Part shown: in pieces, positions 1 through 8,924 of the stretch | Numbering within the stretch: the first letter of the stretch is position 1 | Layout of the letters: every line of letters starts with the position of its first letter | From: Longimicrobiales bacterium | GTDB lineage: Bacteria; Gemmatimonadota; Gemmatimonadetes; Longimicrobiales; Gaopeijiaceae | Direction: 5' to 3' | DNA: 64,000 bases | NCBI GenBank assembly: GCA_965198065.1 | Contig: CBDAON010000004.1 | Coordinates: 832,001-896,000 of the forward strand | Program-made: the position numbers and the translations under genes | Notes under the pieces: model-generated | Database searches by the model: none | Told to the model about the DNA's origin: nothing | The model's input: only the letters and a program-made list of their open reading frames with translations

Positions 1-120
1 GGGGTTCGCGTCGGGATGGTGCTCCTTCGCGAGCTTCCGGTAGGCCTTCTTGATCTCGTCGGGCCCCGCGCTCTCGGGGATCCCTAGGACCTGATAGAAG
101 TCCTTAGTGGTCGTCGTCAT
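1..120 (-). CDS. dnaJ: DnaJ-family chaperone, 5' part (runs off window)
   Basis: Translates [40 protein letters not shown], a J-domain with HPD motif; lies downstream of grpE. Confidence 0.9.
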   Translation of the reverse strand, partial: MTTTTKDFYQVLGIPESAGPDEIKKAYRKLAKEHHPDANP

Positions 121-130
121 GGACGGATTC

Positions 131-295
131 TAGCGGCCTGTGACGGATGAACGTTGATCACCGGGACGAGCGATGGGCCGCGGCCGGCAAGGCACGACGA
201 CGAGGTGTAGCAGCGCTACGGCGAGGAGGAGAACCGCCGCTGGGGCGAGCCCTGTGCTCGTCGAATGCCAAGTGTTCATTCGTTACAGGCCGCTT
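131..295 (+). repeat. 165-bp structured intergenic repeat (MITE-like or ncRNA), copy 1
   Basis: 21-bp terminal inverted repeat AGCGGCCTGTGACGGATGAAC / GTTCATTCGTTACAGGCCGCT; core homologous to 3384-3548. Confidence 0.75.
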
Positions 296-302
296 GGCGC
301 GC

Positions 303-911
303 TCACTCGAGCTTCCGGACGCTCACCCGGGCTGGCCGGATGAGGTGCCCCCGGAAGCGGAAGCCCCGCTGGAAGACCTCGGCCACGGTGTCGTCTTCCG
401 CTTCCGAGGCGGCCGGCGCTCGAGTCATCGCCTCCATGGTGTTGGGGTCAAAGGGCTCGCCGCTCGGGTCCAGCTCGTCGAGACCGGCGTCGGACAGGGA
501 CTGGAGGAGCTTGCGCTCGAGGAGGCGGACCCCCTCCAGAACCGACTCCACTGACGCCATCTCGGGATCCACGTTGGTCACGCGCCGGAGGTCGTCCACC
601 ACCTCGAGGATCTTCCCGACCAGCTCGGCCTGTGCCCTGGCTTGGGACTCACCGAGCTGAGCCTGGACCCGGCGTCGGTAGTTGTCGAACTCGGCGGCGA
701 GCCGCAGGTGGCGGTCGTTCACGTACTCGAGCTCACGCCGGAGATCCTCGAGCTCCGTGGACTCTTCCGTCGGCTCCGCACCCGGCTCCGAGAGATCCTG
801 GAGGTCCCTTCGGGCCTCCCCGCTCCGATCCCGGTCGGCCTCCCCGGTCGCCCCCCGGTCCGTAGGGCCCGGCCCTCCTTCGCCGAGATCTCGCTCTTCC
901 GCTTCCGTCAT
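303..911 (-). CDS. grpE: Nucleotide exchange factor GrpE
   Basis: RLAAEFDNYRRR, FDPNTMEAM, FQRGF...IRPARVSV motifs. Confidence 0.95.
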   Translation of the reverse strand: MTEAEERDLGEGGPGPTDRGATGEADRDRSGEARRDLQDLSEPGAEPTEESTELEDLRRELEYVNDRHLRLAAEFDNYRRRVQAQLGESQARAQAELVGKILEVVDDLRRVTNVDPEMASVESVLEGVRLLERKLLQSLSDAGLDELDPSGEPFDPNTMEAMTRAPAASEAEDDTVAEVFQRGFRFRGHLIRPARVSVRKLE

Positions 912-1010
912 CCTCTCTTCGCCTCGAATCTCCCGTACGCATCGAACCGCTCGGCTGGTACCGTGCGCGGCCCTCCTTCGGCGGCGCGGCCGCGCCGTCG
1001 AGTCGATCCT

Positions 1011-1607
1011 CTACCCGTTCGGAAGGCGCCGGTTCACGTTGGAGGGACGCCGGCCCCCGCCCGCCACCCTCTCGACGAGCCAGGCAAGGGCGTGCGCGGT
1101 CGCACCCCGACGCACCGCCTCCCGGTCTCCCGGAAAGAGAGCCGTGCGGGCGTGGGCCCCACTCGGGAGGGCGAGCCCGAACCAGACGGTCCCGACGGGC
1201 TTCCCCGGCCGTCGCCCCTCGGGGCCCGCGACTCCGGTGACGGCAAGCCCCACGTCCGCGCCGAGGCTCCGTTTCACCCCGTTGGCCATGGCCCGTACGA
1301 TTTCCTCCGAAACCGCTCCGTGGGCCTCCAGGAGAGCCGGCGAGATGTCGAGCATCCGCTCCTTCGCGGCGTCGGCGTACACGACGGCGCCGCCCACGAG
1401 GTAGCGAGAGGCGCCCGGAACGTCCGTGATCACCTTGGCTATCCATCCGCCGGTGCAGCTCTCCGCCACCGCGAGCGTCCATCCTCGGCGGACGAGAGCC
1501 TCTCCCACCGCCATCCCCAGCTCCCCGAGGGAGCCTTCCTCCGCACGGAAGGTCTCGCCGGATCCGGCACCGAGCCCAGAGCCGGCGCCGGCCAGGTCGC
1601 CGCTCAC
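1011..1607 (-). CDS. CinA C-terminal / PncC-like NMN deamidase
   Basis: LAVAESCTGG, HGAVSEE, TGVAGP, KPVGTVW; GTG start overlaps the pgsA stop. Confidence 0.9.
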   Translation of the reverse strand: MSGDLAGAGSGLGAGSGETFRAEEGSLGELGMAVGEALVRRGWTLAVAESCTGGWIAKVITDVPGASRYLVGGAVVYADAAKERMLDISPALLEAHGAVSEEIVRAMANGVKRSLGADVGLAVTGVAGPEGRRPGKPVGTVWFGLALPSGAHARTALFPGDREAVRRGATAHALAWLVERVAGGGRRPSNVNRRLPNG

Positions 1608-2263
1608 GTGGCGGCCCGGTGGCCACCGTGGAGGAGGTCGCGGTTCTCCCAATAGTACACGGCCATCGAGAAGACCGTGAGGATCAGCGCCGCGCCCAGC
1701 GTGAGCGCGGTCACTCCACCGTGGACGGCGCTCCAGAGCCTCCACGCGCCCCCACCCGTCCACCCGCGCTCTCCTGCGACGCGTATGAGCGCGTACCAGA
1801 GGATCAGGCTCCCGGAGAAGAAGTTCTGCGTGAACGCCTTGATCTTGCCCGACGGACCCGCGGACAGGACGGACCCGCGACGGGCCGCCCAGCTCCGGAA
1901 GACGGTTACGAGCAGCTCCCGCCCCAAGATGACGAGGACGACCCAGAGAGGGAGCGCGCCCCACCACGGAACGGCCCACTCCGGGTCCGAGCCCTGCGAC
2001 ACGACGTAAAAGGGGACGAACGTCGTGACCAGGAGGAGCTTGTCCGCGATGGGGTCGAGGAGCTTCCCCGTATCCGTGATCCAGCCGTGCTTCCGCGCCA
2101 GGTACCCGTCCCAGAGATCGGTGAGGGCCGCCGCGAGGAACAGGCCGAACGCCACGAAAAGGTGGAGGATTCGCGGAGAGAGGATGAGCATAAACAGCGC
2201 CGGGCAAGCGAAGATGCGGGCAACCGTGATGCTGTTGGGGAGGTTCAGCCGACTCAGCGCCAT
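1604..2263 (-). CDS. pgsA: CDP-alcohol phosphatidyltransferase (PgsA-like)
   Basis: NLPNSITVAR; TDLWDGYLARK...GKLLDPIADK motif. Confidence 0.9.
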   Translation of the reverse strand: MALSRLNLPNSITVARIFACPALFMLILSPRILHLFVAFGLFLAAALTDLWDGYLARKHGWITDTGKLLDPIADKLLLVTTFVPFYVVSQGSDPEWAVPWWGALPLWVVLVILGRELLVTVFRSWAARRGSVLSAGPSGKIKAFTQNFFSGSLILWYALIRVAGERGWTGGGAWRLWSAVHGGVTALTLGAALILTVFSMAVYYWENRDLLHGGHRAAT

Positions 2264-2270
2264 GGAAGAC

Positions 2271-2850
2271 TCAGCTCAGCGTCTTCACCACCTGCTTGCT
2301 GACCGCCTTCAGCGTCTCGAAGACACCCTTGCCCTCGGTGGCGACGGCCTCGAAGTCCGACACCTCGGTCGGATTCAGCTGCGCTCTCAATTCCGGCACC
2401 GCGATGAGGTCGCTCAGGTCCTGCTTGTTGTACTGGATCACGAACGGAATCGACGACAGGTCGTAACCGTAGGATTCGAGGTTCTCGTACAGGTTGTGCA
2501 TGGCCTCGATGTTGGCCTCCGACCGATGCCGCTGCGAGTCCGCAACGAATATGATTCCGTCGACCCCCTTCAGGATCAGCTTTCGGCTCGCATTGTAATA
2601 GACCTGCCCCGGGACCGTGTAGAGGTGGAACCGCGTCTTGAATCCGCGGATGGTTCCAAGATCGATGGGAAGGAAGTCGAAGAACAGGGTCCGATCGCTC
2701 TCCGTGGCCAGGGAGATCATCTTCCCGCGGGTCTCCGGATTGACCGTCGAATACACGTACTCGAGGTTCGTCGTCTTCCCTCCGAGCCCCGTCCCATAAT
2801 AGACGATCTTACAATTGATCTCCCGGGGAAGCGTAGTTGATCATCGACAT
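2271..2850 (-). pseudogene. mglA: MglA-family small GTPase with a frameshift near codon 8 (real or sequencing error)
   Basis: [47 protein letters not shown]; one extra C in the run at about 2825. Confidence 0.85.
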
Positions 2851-3041
2851 CGTTCGCCACTTCCCCTCGTATCGGGAGATCGAGCCGACGGCGGAGGTGA
2901 GATCGATCCCGCCCGCTAGGGCCCTCGCCCGCGCCACGCGGCGTCCGCATCCCGGGGCGCGAGGCACGTAAACTCGACTTCCCTCAACACGGAAGCAAGT
3001 CGGCGGACGGTTTTTTGTCGGGCTTGGGTCGGGGTCTCCCG

Positions 3042-3368
3042 TCACGCCGCGGGCTCTTCGACCGGACCGCCCCGATCCGCGGCCGCGCCTTCCATGCGCT
3101 CGACTATGGCGCGGGCCCGGTTCCGGAGAAGCCTCCGAGGCTCCCACGCGATGTAATCGCGCAGCAGGAGGATGTGGTCCACAGACGGGACCTGGCGAGC
3201 GAGGTGCTCGAGGGCCACGATTCGCTTGAGGGAAAGGGGACTGAACAGGTTCCGTCGTCGCCGGCTGATCTGGTCGCGCACCAACAGCGTGGCCACGGTC
3301 CCCATCGCAGCCGCGACGGCTGCGGTGATCGCAATCACCCACAAGACCTTCCTCGTGCGCTCCTGCAT
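3042..3368 (-). CDS. Hypothetical protein with N-terminal TM helix
   Basis: ORF MQERTRKVLWVIAITAAV..., same strand as the operon, plausible codon usage. Confidence 0.6.
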   Translation of the reverse strand: MQERTRKVLWVIAITAAVAAAMGTVATLLVRDQISRRRRNLFSPLSLKRIVALEHLARQVPSVDHILLLRDYIAWEPRRLLRNRARAIVERMEGAAADRGGPVEEPAA

Positions 3369-3383
3369 CCCCGAAACCCTCCC

Positions 3384-3548
3384 TAGTGAACGGTGTCCGA
3401 TGAAACGCTGGCATCCGACGGGCGCAGGACTCGCGCCGGCGGCGTTGCTCCTCCTTGAAATAGCGCTGCCATTGCTCGTCGTCGCGCCTGGCCGGTCGCG
3501 GCCCATCCCCCGTCTCCGTGCACACCGTTCATCAGATACCGTCCACTA
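3384..3548 (-). repeat. 165-bp structured intergenic repeat, copy 2
   Basis: Terminal IR TAGTGGACGGTATCTGATGAA / TTCATCGGACACCGTTCACTA; same length and core as 131-295. Confidence 0.75.
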
Positions 3549-3575
3549 AGCTGTCCGGACCGCGCGCCCGGATCC

Positions 3576-4169
3576 CTACATCTCTCGGCGACCCGAGAGC
3601 GCCTCCGCCAGGGTCGATCCGTCCACGTACTCGAGGTCGCTCCCGACCGGCACCCCCCGCGCCAGCCGCGTGACCCTCGGACCCAGTGGCCGGATCAGCC
3701 CCTCCAGGTAGACCGCCGTCGCCTCTCCCTCGACCGACGGGGTGGTGGCGAGAATCACCTCGCCGATCGGGGCCCCGGGCGTCCGGATACGATTCAGGAG
3801 GGGCGTCACCCTCAGCTCCTCCGGACCGACTCCGTCCAGGGGCGACAGGCGCCCCCCGAGCACGTGGAACAAACCCTGAAATCGCCCCGTTCGTTCGATC
3901 GAGCGCGCATCGACCGCGCTCTCCACGACGCAGATGATCGTGCGGTCCCTGTCGGGGTCGCTACAGACGGAGCACCGGTCCCCCTCGGAGAAGTCCCCGC
4001 ACTCCCGGCAGGGCCTCACCCGCTCGGACAGCGAGACGATGGCGTCGGCCAGCCGCCGAGCGTCGCCGGCGCTTCCCCTGAGGAGGTGGTAAACGAGCCG
4101 GGTGGCCGTCCGCGGCCCAATCCCGGGCAGGCGGCTCAGCTCTCGAGTGAGCTGGTCGATGACCGACAT
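3576..4169 (-). CDS. recR: Recombination mediator RecR
   Basis: LPGIGPRTA HhH, C4 zinc finger, ICVVE, HVLGG, EGEATA, LEYVD. Confidence 0.97.
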   Translation of the reverse strand: MSVIDQLTRELSRLPGIGPRTATRLVYHLLRGSAGDARRLADAIVSLSERVRPCRECGDFSEGDRCSVCSDPDRDRTIICVVESAVDARSIERTGRFQGLFHVLGGRLSPLDGVGPEELRVTPLLNRIRTPGAPIGEVILATTPSVEGEATAVYLEGLIRPLGPRVTRLARGVPVGSDLEYVDGSTLAEALSGRREM

Positions 4170-4191
4170 CTCCCCGTATCGTCTCGTCCCC

Positions 4192-4518
4192 TCAGAACAT
4201 GCCCGGCAGCTTCATCGGAAAGGGGAGCCCTCCCGAAAGCTTCTTCATCTCCTCCTCGTAGAGACCCTTCGCGTTCTTCTGGGCCTCGGAAAACGCCGCG
4301 AGCACCAGATCCTCGAGCATCTCCACGTCGTTCGGATCCACGACGGCCGGATCGATCACCAACTTCCGGACGCCACCGTTTCCGTCCATGGTCACGGATA
4401 CCATCCCCCCGCCAGCCGAGCCCGATATCTCGCGCCGACCGAGGGTTTCCTGAATCTCCGAGATGCGGCTCTGCATCTGCTGGCCCATCTGGAGAAGCTT
4501 TTGCAGGTTCATTTCCAC
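4192..4518 (-). CDS. ybaB: YbaB/EbfC nucleoid-associated protein
   Basis: GSAGGGMVSV, DVEMLEDLVLAAF; lies between dnaX and recR. Confidence 0.95.
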   Translation of the reverse strand: MEMNLQKLLQMGQQMQSRISEIQETLGRREISGSAGGGMVSVTMDGNGGVRKLVIDPAVVDPNDVEMLEDLVLAAFSEAQKNAKGLYEEEMKKLSGGLPFPMKLPGMF

Positions 4519-4644
4519 GGGGTCACCTGTGCGCGGGGCGGGCCGGTCCCGGGACGAAAGGGCCCGGAGCGCTGTAGACCCGGGCTCCTGGGCGGAACCC
4601 GGGCAAGGACATGAAACCGTTGCGGGATCTGGGTGACGCGCGCT

Positions 4645-6054
4645 TCAGTCAAGGAGCTCCAGGTCGAGTTCTTCTACCGCCTGCACGAGGCCGGGTTCCC
4701 GCTCCAGCAGGTCGTGGAGACGCCCTTGCCGCGCCTCTTCTTCGGTCACACGACCCCCGGCCTCGTCCGGCTTCGCCTGCCATGCGGCCCGAAGGCCCTC
4801 CCGGGCCCTTGTTTCCGAGGGCTTCGGTGGAGGAGCCGACCCACGTCGAACCGCCGGCCCGGACGGCGATCCAGCCCGCGGGACCTGGGCTTCCGCCTCT
4901 GGACGGGGCACGCCCCCCAGGGCTCCGAGGAGCTCGCGCACCTCGACCGTCCGATCGAGATACGAGAACCGGAGTAGGAGGAGCTCCAGAAGGACCCTGG
5001 GCTGCGCGCTCCGCCGGAGGCTCCCCCCGGATTCGAGCTCGACCGCCATCCCCAGCATTCGAACGAGGTCGGCGGGCTCGAAGCGACTCGCGCGCTCCCG
5101 CCAATCCTCCAGGCGTTCCGGCAGCAGATCCCCGGCGTCCTCCCCGACCCTGAGCCGGATGAGGGTTCGGAGCGCGTCTATCATCCCCCCATAGAACTCC
5201 ACGAGGTCGTACCCCTCGTCGAGAAGCTCTTCGATCACCCGAAACAGTCCGGCCCGATCCCAGTCGGCAATCAGATCGATGACGCGGAGGTAGCGATCCT
5301 CGTCGACGACGCCGAGCACCTTCCTGACCACCTCGGCGGTCACATCGCCCTCCGAGAGCGCGAGAACCTGATCCAGGATGGAAAGGGCGTCCCGCATGCC
5401 GCCGTCCGCCTTCCTGGCGATGACTCTGAGCGCCTCCGGACCGGCCACGGAGCCCTCCCGGCCCAGGATCTCCTCGAGGCGGCGCACGATCTCGGCGACC
5501 CCCAGGCGGCGGAAATCGAAACGCTGGCACCGCGAGAGAATCGGAGCCGCCGATTGCTCGATCTTCTGCGGCTCGGTCGTGGCGAAGATGAAGGTCACAC
5601 GGGGCGGCGGCTCCTCCAGGATCTTGAGCAGGGCGTTCCAAGCCTCCCGCGTGAGCATGTGGGCTTCGTCCACGATGTAGACCTTGTAGCGCCCGTCCTC
5701 CGACGGGGCGTACATGGCCCGCTCCCGCAGGTCCCGCGCATCGTCCACGCCACGATTGGACGCCGCGTCGATTTCCACGACATCGAGCGCGGTCGTCCCG
5801 CCCCAGATCCGCTGGCAACTCTCACAGCTTCCGCACGGCTCGCCGTCGTCCGACCGCCGGGCGCAGTTCAAGGACATGGCGAGGACCCGGGCCAGCGTGG
5901 TCTTCCCTACGCCCCGGGGACCGCAGAAGAGGTAGGCGTGCCCGACGCGTCCCGCCCGAACGGCACGGCGGAGAGTCTCCGAAACGTGCTCCTGGGTGGA
6001 GACCTCGTCGAAGCGACGCGGGCGGTACTTCCGAGCTAACGCGGTATGAGACAC
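4645..6054 (-). CDS. dnaX: DNA polymerase III subunit gamma/tau
   Basis: ALARKYRP, GPRGVGKTT, EIDAASN, DEAHML, SRC; GTG start at 6054. Confidence 0.97.
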   Translation of the reverse strand: MSHTALARKYRPRRFDEVSTQEHVSETLRRAVRAGRVGHAYLFCGPRGVGKTTLARVLAMSLNCARRSDDGEPCGSCESCQRIWGGTTALDVVEIDAASNRGVDDARDLRERAMYAPSEDGRYKVYIVDEAHMLTREAWNALLKILEEPPPRVTFIFATTEPQKIEQSAAPILSRCQRFDFRRLGVAEIVRRLEEILGREGSVAGPEALRVIARKADGGMRDALSILDQVLALSEGDVTAEVVRKVLGVVDEDRYLRVIDLIADWDRAGLFRVIEELLDEGYDLVEFYGGMIDALRTLIRLRVGEDAGDLLPERLEDWRERASRFEPADLVRMLGMAVELESGGSLRRSAQPRVLLELLLLRFSYLDRTVEVRELLGALGGVPRPEAEAQVPRAGSPSGPAVRRGSAPPPKPSETRAREGLRAAWQAKPDEAGGRVTEEEARQGRLHDLLEREPGLVQAVEELDLELLD

Positions 6055-6079
6055 GGGGAAGGTGCCGACGGGACACAAA

Positions 6080-6179
6080 ATGCCCCAGGTCGACCGCAGC
6101 ATCGACCGCCACACTTACCGTTGCTACCGGCGAGGTCCTGACGGAGTTCGTGGGCTTTCGTTCTGCGAACCTGGGGCAC
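6080..6179 (-). ncRNA. ffs: Small bacterial SRP RNA (4.5S)
   Basis: Closing stem GTGCCCCAGGT/ACCTGGGGCAT; domain IV CCGTCAGG-ACC-loop-GGT-AGCAACGG; usual position upstream of dnaX. Confidence 0.85.
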
Positions 6180-6210
6180 GTTTGGAACGTACCCAGGCCC
6201 CCCAACCCAG

Positions 6211-6594
6211 TCAACCGGAGTCGCCAATGCGCCAGGCGTCGGGCACGTGGCAGACTTTCGCAGGGCGCCCCCGGGGGGTCGTCACGGCCACCGCGTCGAA
6301 CCGGAAGGCGCAGCGAGCCGCCAGATCTCCCCCTCTGGTTGTGAGCCACGCGCGGGCCACCCGCTCGATCTCCCTCCTTTTCGCCAGGGTGATCGACTCG
6401 AGCGGATGCCCGCTCCTCTCCGCCACTCGGGTCTTGACCTCGACGAACGCCACGACCGCCCCCCGTCGGACGACGAGGTCCACTTCCGCGTGTCCCGACC
6501 GCCAGTTCCGGTCGAGGATGGCCCAGCCACGCTCCTCGAAGTAGCGGACCGCGAGGGCCTCGCCCCACCGCCCTAACTCGTGGATGCTCCCCAC
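6211..6594 (-). CDS. yraN: YraN family endonuclease
   Basis: LGRWGEALA, ILDRNWR, EVDLV, FVEVKTR, RFDAVAV. Confidence 0.9.
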   Translation of the reverse strand: MGSIHELGRWGEALAVRYFEERGWAILDRNWRSGHAEVDLVVRRGAVVAFVEVKTRVAERSGHPLESITLAKRREIERVARAWLTTRGGDLAARCAFRFDAVAVTTPRGRPAKVCHVPDAWRIGDSG

Positions 6595-6856
6595 GTTCGC
6601 TCCGGCCTCTCCCCCGCCCTCGGGGACTTCGTGACCCCGGAGCTCCAACGCTCCGCCGAGGGAGAGGGCGGCGACATGGCGGACCGGGCCGAGGAGGCTA
6701 CGCGCGGGCCACGCACCGGTATCCCGAGTTCGAGGAGGCGCCGGCATGCGGCACCGCTCGTCGGACACGGTCCACTAGCAGGGCCCCGGGCGACGTGCTA
6801 GCGTCCGGCAGCGCCGCGCCTTCGCCGGTCTCGAGGCCGCGGACACACTTCGCGCC

Positions 6857-8815
6857 GTGAGGAGAATGGGCCAAGCCAGAAGAACTCGGGGGTCGCGTCT
6901 CCTCGCCTCGTTGATGGGTGCCGCTTCCCTCTCCGCGTGCGCCGGCATATACCCCGGTGGGCCTCCGGGGAGGGCGCCGCCGACCGTGCCCGTCCCCGGC
7001 ACGGCCGAGGCCGATCGGATCCCTTCCCTTCCGCCGATTCCGTTCGTGGACGGAGATCTTCGGCTCGAGCTGGGCTATCCCCCGGAAGGCACGACGCTGG
7101 CGGTCCGGGACCGGAACTTCCTCTTCGGGTCCACGGGATCGGGCCGGGCTCGCCTCGCAATCAACGGCACGCCGGTGGAAGTCGAGCCGAACGGCGGATT
7201 CCTCGCCTTCCTCCCTGTGCCCGGCGACGGAGTGTACCGGCTCGTGGCGGAGCGAGACGGAGCCTCGGCGACGCTGGAGCGCACCGTTCTCCTGCCGCCC
7301 GCCGCAGCGCTCTCATCGGACCGGCTATGGATCGAGCCCGGGTCGAAATATCCGACGGGCGCGGTCGCGGCCCTCCCCGGGGAGCCGATCGAGATCGGGT
7401 TTCGGGGCACGAGCGGCGGGGAAGCCTGGCTCTACCTGTCGGAGGGGGATCGCGTACCCCTCGTGGAAACGGGCGCGCTCGACCGGGCAGGCGACGCGAC
7501 GGGGCCGACGACCCGATATGAGGGCGTGCTGCCCGCGCGCCCCGTGTCGGCCGACGACGCCGGGGTTCCGCGCCCGCTCGTGGGAGGACTCTCCGCGGGA
7601 TCGGAGACGGCCGACATCGTCCTGATCCTCGGATCCGATACCATCCGCGCTCCGCTCCGGATGAACCTGTCCACGCTGCCGAGCGCGCCGCCGCGGATCG
7701 CCCTTACGTCGCCGCCGGCGGACGCCCTGCCCAGCTGGCGGGCTCGGGGCCGAAACGATGTCTCCGGACCCTACCACTTCTTCTGGCCGCCGGGGACGGC
7801 GCTACGCATCACCGGTGAGCGGGACGGGATGCTCCGCGCGGCGCTAGCGAGGGACCGCGCGGCGTGGATCCCTGTGGGCGAGGTCCGACTCCTGCCAGAG
7901 GGGACGCCTCCGCCGCGCGCCTTCGTGGGGAACGTCCGTCTATATCCCGAGCCCCGCCACATCGATGTCCGCGTGCCCCTTCCGGAACGGCTTCCGTTTC
8001 AGGTCGTTCCGGAGGAGCGCGCTCTCCACCTGGACGTGTTCGGGGCCGTGAGCCGCACGAACTTCTTCCAGTACGGAGCTCTGGACCCCCTCATCGAGCG
8101 CGCGGAGTGGAGCCAGTCGTCGGACGACGTCTACCGGGTGAGCGTCCGGTTGAGCGCCGGGGTGTGGGGGTACGACACGTTCTTCGACCCGTCGGGTGTC
8201 CTGGTCCTCCGGATCCGCCGCCCGCCCGCGATCAATCGGTCCTCCCCGCTCCGGGGCCTTCGGATCGTGGTGGACGCCGGGCACGGCGGCGACGATCGGC
8301 TCACCCGCGGACCGACCGGGCTCACGGAAGCCGACGCGAACCTCCAGGTATCCCTCGCGCTTCGCGACTTCCTCGAGGCCGAGGGCGCCGAAGTCGTGAT
8401 GACGAGGAGCGCGGACGAAACCGTGCGGCTCGCAGACCGCCCGCAGCTCGCCGTGGAGGCGGAGGGCGACCTTTTGGTCTCAGTCCACAACAACGCCTTC
8501 CCTGACGGCGTCGATCCACAGGCCAATCACGGGACGAGCGTCTACTACTTCCACGCCCACTCGGCCGATCTAGCGCGCCGGCTCCAGCTCGAGCTCGTGG
8601 AGGAGCTCGGAACCCGGGATCTGGGGATCGGGCGCGCGGATCTCGCTCTCGTCAGGCCCAGCTGGATGCCGGCCGTGCTCTCCGAGACCCTCTTCATGAT
8701 GATCCCCGAGCAGGAGGCGGCGTTACGGGACTCGACCGTACAGCGTCGGATCGCGCGCGCCCATGTTCGGGCGCTCGCGGCGTTCGTCGCCAGCCGGGCC
8801 GGGTCCGCGCGCTGA
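6857..8815 (+). CDS. N-acetylmuramoyl-L-alanine amidase (Amidase_3), lipoprotein
   Basis: Lipobox LSAC; DAGHGG, TEADAN, SVHNNA, AVLSE catalytic motifs. Confidence 0.9.
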   Translation: MRRMGQARRTRGSRLLASLMGAASLSACAGIYPGGPPGRAPPTVPVPGTAEADRIPSLPPIPFVDGDLRLELGYPPEGTTLAVRDRNFLFGSTGSGRARLAINGTPVEVEPNGGFLAFLPVPGDGVYRLVAERDGASATLERTVLLPPAAALSSDRLWIEPGSKYPTGAVAALPGEPIEIGFRGTSGGEAWLYLSEGDRVPLVETGALDRAGDATGPTTRYEGVLPARPVSADDAGVPRPLVGGLSAGSETADIVLILGSDTIRAPLRMNLSTLPSAPPRIALTSPPADALPSWRARGRNDVSGPYHFFWPPGTALRITGERDGMLRAALARDRAAWIPVGEVRLLPEGTPPPRAFVGNVRLYPEPRHIDVRVPLPERLPFQVVPEERALHLDVFGAVSRTNFFQYGALDPLIERAEWSQSSDDVYRVSVRLSAGVWGYDTFFDPSGVLVLRIRRPPAINRSSPLRGLRIVVDAGHGGDDRLTRGPTGLTEADANLQVSLALRDFLEAEGAEVVMTRSADETVRLADRPQLAVEAEGDLLVSVHNNAFPDGVDPQANHGTSVYYFHAHSADLARRLQLELVEELGTRDLGIGRADLALVRPSWMPAVLSETLFMMIPEQEAALRDSTVQRRIARAHVRALAAFVASRAGSAR

Positions 8816-8924
8816 GGTCGGGTCCCCCGGAGAGAGGAGCGTCACGCCGGGATCGGCAGTCGAGGAAGCCAGCCCCGCCTATCCCGTCCGCCGTGGGCCC
8901 GGGCCGGCCCGTCCGCCCGACAGC

